This document shows, piece after piece, positions 57,618 to 64,000 of a stretch of 64,000 nucleotides of DNA. Origin of the DNA: Thermoplasmata archaeon (GTDB lineage Archaea > Thermoplasmatota > Thermoplasmata > Thermoplasmatales > Thermoplasmataceae); NCBI GenBank assembly GCA_015520045.1, contig WAQW01000018.1:16380-80379 (forward strand). Direction: 5' to 3'. The notes below the pieces were generated by a model, which ran no database searches, was not told where the DNA came from, and saw only the letters and a list, made by a program, of their open reading frames with translations. How positions within the stretch are numbered: the first letter of the stretch is position 1; every line of letters begins with the position of its first letter. Made by a program: the position numbers and the translations under genes.

Positions 57618-59003
57618 TTGCTTCAAAAACTTTTCAGTCCAAAGAGTATTGCTGTTATTGGAGCTTCGAGAGATCCCGGAAAAACCGGAGGGGTCATCTT
57701 CGAAAATCTGATAAATGGTGGCTTCCAGGGGAGAATATTCCCCGTAAACCCGGGATACGCCGATATTAGAGGGGTGAAATGCTATCCTTCGGTGCAGAGC
57801 ATACCTGAAGATGTGGACCTCGCCGTTGTGGTCCTGAGATCTGATCTCGTGGAGAGGGCCATAGAGGACTGTGCATACAAAAAGGTTCCCTATGTAATAA
57901 TAGTGGCTGGAGGATTCTCAGAGACAGGAGAGGGTGGTGCCTCTCTGGAAAGATCAATCCTTAGAATTGCGAGGGAATCGGGTATCCGGATCATTGGCCC
58001 CAATACCGTTGGAATCTATCTTCCTTCAGTAAAGCTTAACACCGCCCTAACCCCGATGGATCGGGTAAACTTCCCTGGAGAGGGTAGTATAGCCCTGATC
58101 TCGCAAAGTGGGGCCCTTGGGCTCCTTATGATGGATGGTATGGCTGAGATCGGAACGGGAGTTTCTGCGTTCGTGAATCTGGGAAATCGCATAGATCTCG
58201 ATGAATCCAGCCTGCTTGATCATTTTGCATCGGATCAGAAAACACACGTGGTTATGATGTACATTGAGAGCGTGAGCAATGGCAGGAAATTCTATGATGC
58301 TCTGCGCAGAATATCGGAGAAAAAACCTGTGGTTGTGTTGAAATCCGGGTCCACCACTGAATCGGCAAGGGCGGCCATGCTTCACACCGGTGCCATGATG
58401 AGCGATGATGCCGTCTTCCACGGAGTTATAAATCAGGCTGGTGCAGTTCGCGCCAGGGATGAGACGGAGCTCTATGATTTCGCAAGAGCTCTCGCCTACA
58501 GCAGACCCCTGCTGGGTGATAGAATTGCTGTGCTAACAACAGCAGGGGGAGCTGGCGTTGTATCCACAGATCTCCTGACATCCAGCTTCAACGGCCCAAA
58601 GATGTCACTTGCGACACTCTCAGAAAAGACCAGGGGGCAGATCGCTGAATTTATGGTGCCCTTCGGATCGAATAGCAATCCCATCGACATAACGGCTGAG
58701 GGAAGTGTTGAGCAATATTCCTCGATTCTCGATGTCCTGGTTCATAGTGGAGAGATTGATGGTGTTCTGGCATTTGCCCTTCCTCAGACTCCCCGAATGA
58801 ATGCGGGTGTTGTGGACGTCATTGAAAAATACAGTGGAGAGACCCCCATAGTGGTTGGAGTTATTGGATCGCGACTCGCCAGACCTCTCCTGTTTGAGTT
58901 TGAGAGAAGGAAAATACCTGCGTACCCCTCAATAGGCAGGGCAGTTTCATCTCTCAAGGCACTGAGAACATATTGGAAGCACCGGGGTGACGGTCATGAG
59001 TGA
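57618..59003 (+). CDS. acdA: ADP-forming acyl-CoA synthetase alpha subunit
   Basis: P.SIAVIGAS, GPNT.G, SQSGA, GN..D, KSG, HTGA and NPID. Confidence 0.92.
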   Translation: MLQKLFSPKSIAVIGASRDPGKTGGVIFENLINGGFQGRIFPVNPGYADIRGVKCYPSVQSIPEDVDLAVVVLRSDLVERAIEDCAYKKVPYVIIVAGGFSETGEGGASLERSILRIARESGIRIIGPNTVGIYLPSVKLNTALTPMDRVNFPGEGSIALISQSGALGLLMMDGMAEIGTGVSAFVNLGNRIDLDESSLLDHFASDQKTHVVMMYIESVSNGRKFYDALRRISEKKPVVVLKSGSTTESARAAMLHTGAMMSDDAVFHGVINQAGAVRARDETELYDFARALAYSRPLLGDRIAVLTTAGGAGVVSTDLLTSSFNGPKMSLATLSEKTRGQIAEFMVPFGSNSNPIDITAEGSVEQYSSILDVLVHSGEIDGVLAFALPQTPRMNAGVVDVIEKYSGETPIVVGVIGSRLARPLLFEFERRKIPAYPSIGRAVSSLKALRTYWKHRGDGHE

Positions 59004-59664
59004 TGCTCCTGTTAATGCCATTGTTGGCCACGAGTCCAAGAGAATACTTTCCTCCTTCGGTATGAGCGTTCCTAAGGGTATGGTCTCCTCTGGACCCGAT
59101 GATCTTCCTGATTTTAAAGGACCCTATGCAGTGAAGGTTTCCGACCCTTCAATACTCCATAAAACCGAGATGGGTGGGGTAATCTTGGGGATCCAAAGAC
59201 AAGATGATCTGAGGTTGGCCATTGGGAAGATGCAATCGCGTTTCCCTGGATCTCCTATAATTGTGGAACAGATGATTGAGAGCGGAGTCGAAGTCATAGG
59301 TGGGATTACGAGTGACAGACAATTCGGACAGGTCATCATGATCGGCACCGGTGGGATATATGCTGAGCTCTTCAACGACCGCTCATTCAGGCTCGTTCCT
59401 CTTTCAAAGAAAGATGCCCTCAGCATGATCGAGGAAACAAAGTTGTCCAGATTTATTAGTGGATTCAGAGGTATTACCATCTCTGCGGACGCCTTCGTTG
59501 ACTTTATCCTGAAGGTATCCAACTTTGCACTCAGGAACAGGGAATTGCTGATGGGTATGGATATGAACCCCATCATCGCAAGGGGTTCCTCTTTCACCGT
59601 TGTGGATGTGAAGATCATATTGAAAGAAGGCGTGAACGGAAATGATCTGCTAAAGGAAAGGTGA
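58996..59664 (+). CDS. acdB: ADP-forming acyl-CoA synthetase beta (ATP-grasp) subunit
   Basis: HKTE.GGV, E.I.G...D..FG.V.M.G.GG...E and D.NP. Confidence 0.92.
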   Translation: MSDAPVNAIVGHESKRILSSFGMSVPKGMVSSGPDDLPDFKGPYAVKVSDPSILHKTEMGGVILGIQRQDDLRLAIGKMQSRFPGSPIIVEQMIESGVEVIGGITSDRQFGQVIMIGTGGIYAELFNDRSFRLVPLSKKDALSMIEETKLSRFISGFRGITISADAFVDFILKVSNFALRNRELLMGMDMNPIIARGSSFTVVDVKIILKEGVNGNDLLKER

Positions 59665-59670
59665 TGTGTG

Positions 59671-61542
59671 ATGTCTGAGATTGATGATATGATTGATCCC
59701 AAGGGCAATAAGATCCTTCTCCTGCTGGGAAATGAAGCCATAGCCCGTGGAGTGATAGAGGCAGGCGTTGCCTCCGCCTCCACCTATCCTGGCACACCCT
59801 CCAGCGAGGTGGGGGATGTTCTTTACAGAGTTGCCAGAAAGGTTGGGATGCGCTTTGAGTATTCTGTCAATGAAAAGGTTGCTCTTGAGGTGTCATTTGC
59901 TGCTTCCACGTTGGGCCTGAGATCCTTCGTTTTCATGAAGCACGTGGGCCTGAATGTTGCAGCGGATGCCCTTATGAGTATTTCGTACAGTGGTGTGAAG
60001 GGTGGGCTGGTGATCATGAGTGCCGATGATCCCAGCATGCACTCCTCACAGAATGAGCAGGACAACCGCCTATATGGCCAGCTTGCTCATATTCCCGTTA
60101 TCGAACCATCAACACCGCAAGAGGCAAAGGACTTTATCATCTCGGCCTTCGAACTGTCTGAGAGGTACCACATACCGGTGCTTTTCAGAACCACCACTCG
60201 CGTGAGTCACGAAAGATCCGCCGTGAAAACAGGTCCAGTTGCAGGGATAAGAAAATCTATCTCCTTCGATTACGGAAAGATGGACTTCAATTCTCTCCCA
60301 TCACTCGCCAGACAGCACAAGCTGAATCTGGAAAGGAAGATGAGAGAGATAGCACATGATGAGAGAATATCCCTTAACAGGATGATCGAAAGGGAGGGTA
60401 GCTGGGGTGCAATTACATCCGGTGTGGGATACAGCTACCTCACCGATATCATAGAGGAGTACGATCTACCTGTTTCGGTGCTGAAGCTTGGTCTCACCAA
60501 TCCATTGCAGGATAATATCATACTCGATTTTATGAGAAAATACAACAACATAATCATCGTGGAAGAGTTAGATCCTTATCTCGAAACGAAAATAAGAGCT
60601 CTCGCCCAGCTGAACAGCATCAGTGTAAAAATCTACGGAAAAATGGATGGCTATTTTCCGACAGATTATGAGTATGACGGAAACGTTGTTCTTAGAGGTG
60701 TTGCGAGGGCAATGGGCCTTAAGATTGATGAAAAGGCCCCGGAACCAGCTGTGAAGGTAACTCCCAGGCCTCCCGTTCTCTGTCCGGGATGCCCCCACCG
60801 GGCATCATTCTTCATAGTTAAGAGGGCCCTTCGAATGCTGAAGATCGATGATGCCATCATATCATCTGACATAGGCTGCTATTCGCTTGGAGCCCTTGAT
60901 CCCTTTGACATGGGAGACATAATTATATCCATGGGTACCTCTGTGGGATACTCTTCCGGGATGGTTCCTGAATTTGGAAAGAGATCCGTGACATTCATTG
61001 GCGATTCAACACTCTTTCACGGAGGGCTCCCCGGAATTGTTAACGCTGTTAAAAACAATGCCCAGACTACCATCATAGTTCTTGACAATAGAACAACCGC
61101 AATGACCGGACAGCAGCCAACACCAAGTGCTCTAGATCCGACCTATGAAGACGATATGAAAGAAATCAGTATAGAAAGTACCCTTAAGGGTATCGGTGTT
61201 TCCAAGGTTGTTGAGGCAGATCCATACGATCTGAAGGATATGCTTCACAAGGTTACAGATTGCCTCAAAACGCCTGGTGTGACTGCTATTATTGCTAAAC
61301 GTGAATGTGCCATTCTCCGGGACCGCAAAATCAGGAGAGTCAGCAAAATAGTTCCATACCACGTGATACCTGATAAATGCACGGGATGCTTCAGATGCGT
61401 AACCGATTTCTCCTGCCCCGCAATGTCGATCAAAGGCAACAAGGTTGTTATTGACGCTGCACTTTGTGATGGTTGTGGCGTATGCGCTGAAAGATTTGTC
61501 TGTCCCTATGGTGCAATAGAGGTTGATGAAAATGCAGAGTAA
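59671..61542 (+). CDS. iorA: Indolepyruvate:ferredoxin oxidoreductase alpha
   Basis: GNEAIARG, YPGTPSSE, NEKVALE, MKHVGLNVAAD, LCPGCPHR, DIGCY and GDST; C-terminal 2x[4Fe-4S]. Confidence 0.95.
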   Translation: MSEIDDMIDPKGNKILLLLGNEAIARGVIEAGVASASTYPGTPSSEVGDVLYRVARKVGMRFEYSVNEKVALEVSFAASTLGLRSFVFMKHVGLNVAADALMSISYSGVKGGLVIMSADDPSMHSSQNEQDNRLYGQLAHIPVIEPSTPQEAKDFIISAFELSERYHIPVLFRTTTRVSHERSAVKTGPVAGIRKSISFDYGKMDFNSLPSLARQHKLNLERKMREIAHDERISLNRMIEREGSWGAITSGVGYSYLTDIIEEYDLPVSVLKLGLTNPLQDNIILDFMRKYNNIIIVEELDPYLETKIRALAQLNSISVKIYGKMDGYFPTDYEYDGNVVLRGVARAMGLKIDEKAPEPAVKVTPRPPVLCPGCPHRASFFIVKRALRMLKIDDAIISSDIGCYSLGALDPFDMGDIIISMGTSVGYSSGMVPEFGKRSVTFIGDSTLFHGGLPGIVNAVKNNAQTTIIVLDNRTTAMTGQQPTPSALDPTYEDDMKEISIESTLKGIGVSKVVEADPYDLKDMLHKVTDCLKTPGVTAIIAKRECAILRDRKIRRVSKIVPYHVIPDKCTGCFRCVTDFSCPAMSIKGNKVVIDAALCDGCGVCAERFVCPYGAIEVDENAE

Positions 61543-62125
61543 TGTGGTTATATGTGGTGTTGGTGGACAGGGAGTGCTCACAGCCGGCAAACTGCTTTCC
61601 ACGGCAGCCCTGAGTGAGGGCATACAGGTTGTCATGTCTGAGATCCACGGTCTCGCCCAGCGGGGGGGAGCTGTTTCAGTTGACGTCAGAATAGGTAATG
61701 TTCTTGGTCCCATCGTTCCTGATGGGAAGGGAGATCTGATTATCGCCATGGAACCTCTTGAAGCTTTGCGCGTATTGCACCGTTCCTCACGAGAATCGGT
61801 GTTCGTGGTAAATACACAAAAGATTCCCCCTGTCTCCCTTGGCATAGCACACAGAGAATACCCCAGCATAGAATCTCTTGTCTCAGATCTCAAGCGCAGA
61901 AGGACCGTCTTTACCGTTAACGCTCTGGAGCTCGCCAGAAAGACGGGCGAGCTGAGAACCGCCAGCACAATCATGGTAAGCATGGCTTCAGCACTGTATG
62001 ATACCGGTATCACCGATGAATCCTTTCTGAATGCAATTAAACGGCTATTCCCACTCAGATATCAGAAGGCAAACATAGAAGCTTTTGATCTTGGCAGAAA
62101 GGAGGCAGCCGCTGTTGTGAAGTAA
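61532..62125 (+). CDS. iorB: Indolepyruvate:ferredoxin oxidoreductase beta
   Basis: GVGGQG, EIHGLAQRGG.V, EPLEALR and N..AF..G. Confidence 0.94.
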   Translation: MQSNVVICGVGGQGVLTAGKLLSTAALSEGIQVVMSEIHGLAQRGGAVSVDVRIGNVLGPIVPDGKGDLIIAMEPLEALRVLHRSSRESVFVVNTQKIPPVSLGIAHREYPSIESLVSDLKRRRTVFTVNALELARKTGELRTASTIMVSMASALYDTGITDESFLNAIKRLFPLRYQKANIEAFDLGRKEAAAVVK

Positions 62126-62294
62126 AAAGATTCACATCGGTGAGTGATTTCACCAAAGACACGCTTGTTCCGTGACAGGGTCGCCCTTTATGACATTTGA
62201 TTCTGACAACGTAAATGGTTTTCAGGACTGGAGCAATATTCAATCTATAAAAAAGTGGATTTGTGATCCAGGTTAATGCAGAGTGATCAAAAGA

Positions 62295-63929
62295 TCAGAA
62301 AAGACCTGTTATTTCTCCTTCATTTGTGATGTCAACGCCCTCCGCAGCTGGCTTTTTGGGTAGGCCAGGCATTGTCATGATATCTCCGAGCATGGGAACC
62401 AGGAATCCAGCCCCACTTGAGACATTAACAGCCTTAACTTCCACCACAAAATCCCTGGGCGAGTTCAAAAGATCGGCCTTATCGCTGAGCGAGTACTGGG
62501 TTTTCGCAATACACACGGGGAGTTTTGTCAACCCCAACCGCTTAATCCTTCTGAGATCCCTTTTGGCCGTTTTACTGTAGATAACCTCAGATGCTCCGTA
62601 AATCCGTTTGGCTATTTTCTCAATCTTGTCCTCCACAGGATCGTTGAAATCATACACACGGTTGATATTCTCTGGAGCGTTATCGATGAGTTTCAAAACC
62701 TTGTTCGCGAGATCAATACCCCCCGCACCACCTTCTGCGAAAACGCGTGAAAAGGCATATGTTATGCCATTATCATCCATCACCTTTGATATCGTGCGCT
62801 TTTCTTCCTCAGTATCCGATGGAAATTCATTCAGTGCAACGACTGGCTCGAACCCGAATGAACGAATATTCTCAACATGACGTATCATGTTACTGGAACC
62901 TTCTCTGAGAGCGTTGATGTCCTCGATGGCAAGATCCTTCGCACCACCATTGTGCTTGAGAGCCCTGATTGTGGTGACCAGCACAACCGCTGAAACCTGT
63001 ATCTTTCCAAGCACACTCACGAGATCCAGGAATTTCTCTCCTCCAAGATCTGAACCAAAGCCAGCTTCAACAACCACCATATCTGCGAGCTTGAGTGCGA
63101 TCTTTGTTGCAATTATGCTGGATGTACCATGTGCTATATTGGCGAATGGCCCGGTGTGAATGAAGGCAGGTACTCCTTCGGTGGTCTGCACAACGTTGGG
63201 TTTCAGAGCATCCGTAAGAAGGGCTGCCATGGCACCATGAGCATTCAGATCCCCTGCATATACTGGTTTGTGGTCGTGCGTAAATGCAACGAGTATCTTT
63301 GATAGCCTCTCTTTCAGATCAGCATATGAAGTTGACAGGCCAAGTATTGCCATTATCTCGGAGGCTGGAGTTATGACGTAGCGGTCTCTGATCATTGCAC
63401 CGGTGGTTCTATCTCCGGCCCCAACTATAATTTCCCGCAGCGAACGATCATTCATATCTATGGTCCTCGGAAAGAGTATGCTCTTCGGATCGATATTGAG
63501 TGCATTACCGTGGTGAATGTGATTGTTGATCAGAGCGGAAAGAAGATTGTGGGCCGCTGATACAGCCGGAAAATCTGAGGTGAAAAGCAAGTTGATCTTG
63601 TCGCTGGGTTCAACCTTCGATTTTCCTCCTCCAGTGGCACCTCCCTTAATACCGAAACAGGGTCCAAGAGATGGTTCTCTGAGTGCAACTATGGTGTTCT
63701 TTCCCAGTGACATGAGAGCTTGAGAAAGACCTATTGATGTGGTTGTTTTGCCCTCACCTGCGGGTGTCGGATTTGTGGCTGTAACGAGGATAAGTTTACC
63801 ATCTGGCTTGTTCTCAAGCTTTTTTAGAATATTTATCGGAATTTTTGCCATGTAATGACCGTAAGGTTCGATATCGTCAGCAGATAAGCCTATACTCTTA
63901 ACAACATCTTCAATCTTCTTTAATGCCAT
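62295..63929 (-). CDS. fhs: Formate--tetrahydrofolate ligase
   Basis: TPAGEGKTT, LREPSLGP.FGIKGGA.GGG, GPFANIAHG, EAGFGSDLG.EKF and IMTMPGLP. Confidence 0.97.
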   Translation of the reverse strand: MALKKIEDVVKSIGLSADDIEPYGHYMAKIPINILKKLENKPDGKLILVTATNPTPAGEGKTTTSIGLSQALMSLGKNTIVALREPSLGPCFGIKGGATGGGKSKVEPSDKINLLFTSDFPAVSAAHNLLSALINNHIHHGNALNIDPKSILFPRTIDMNDRSLREIIVGAGDRTTGAMIRDRYVITPASEIMAILGLSTSYADLKERLSKILVAFTHDHKPVYAGDLNAHGAMAALLTDALKPNVVQTTEGVPAFIHTGPFANIAHGTSSIIATKIALKLADMVVVEAGFGSDLGGEKFLDLVSVLGKIQVSAVVLVTTIRALKHNGGAKDLAIEDINALREGSSNMIRHVENIRSFGFEPVVALNEFPSDTEEEKRTISKVMDDNGITYAFSRVFAEGGAGGIDLANKVLKLIDNAPENINRVYDFNDPVEDKIEKIAKRIYGASEVIYSKTAKRDLRRIKRLGLTKLPVCIAKTQYSLSDKADLLNSPRDFVVEVKAVNVSSGAGFLVPMLGDIMTMPGLPKKPAAEGVDITNEGEITGLF

Positions 63930-64000
63930 GATAATCACTATCCCGGGCGGTCTTAACCCGCTTTATGGTATATCACTTCAGTATATTTATTGAAAACGGT

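Noticed and set aside
59124..62013. 219-aa and 293-aa minus-strand ORFs over acdB/iorAB
   Set aside because: Antisense shadows of well-supported genes with atypical composition.
62126..62294. Short hairpins and partial C/D-box-like words between iorB and fhs
   Set aside because: No complete RUGAUGA/CUGA arrangement, and the stems are only 5 bp.
1..64000. tRNA, rRNA, CRISPR array, IS or integrase
   Set aside because: Reading the intergenic gaps by eye showed no cloverleaf, spaced direct repeats or transposase ORF. A tRNAscan/Rfam run would be needed to exclude small RNAs.

Overview
A 64-kb core-genome window from an archaeon, most likely Thermoplasmatales. This is inferred from the bacterial-type ThrRS, the long SecY, no L34e/L14e in the spc-type cluster, Fhs, GGAGGTGA Shine-Dalgarno sites on internal genes and TATA-leaderless first genes. 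Contents in order: (1) egtD; (2) the rpl44e-rps27e-aIF2a-nop10-PAC2 operon; (3) Sm-rpl37e-purF; (4) the large ribosomal protein operon rpl3...secY-adk-DUF106-cmk-cbf5-nop5; (5) prpD-prpB; (6) a complete AmmeMemoRadiSam trio, an Lrp RAM-only gene and a solo UvrD-RecB helicase-nuclease; (7) thrS, a fixCXAB/ETF operon, endonuclease III, aIF2g and rps6e; (8) an orphan glycosylated OppA-like protein, GH15, valS, DUF981, dtdA and tsr3; (9) a pyrG-SCP2-DP2-GPN GTPase operon followed by a Zn-finger microprotein; (10) ADP-forming acyl-CoA synthetase, iorAB and fhs. I saw no tRNA, rRNA, CRISPR or IS element. Three small genes absent from the ORF track were read by hand (nop10, rpl37e, rps14). The most interesting observations are a three-way-junction RNA leader in front of the r-protein operon, a Zn-finger microprotein with a PIP-like C-terminus next to PolD and a GPN GTPase, a 242-nt dual-coding cbf5/nop5 overlap, a hairpin-dense 730-bp intergenic region and apparent ATA/ATT start codons. 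All calls come from motif recognition; no database search was run.
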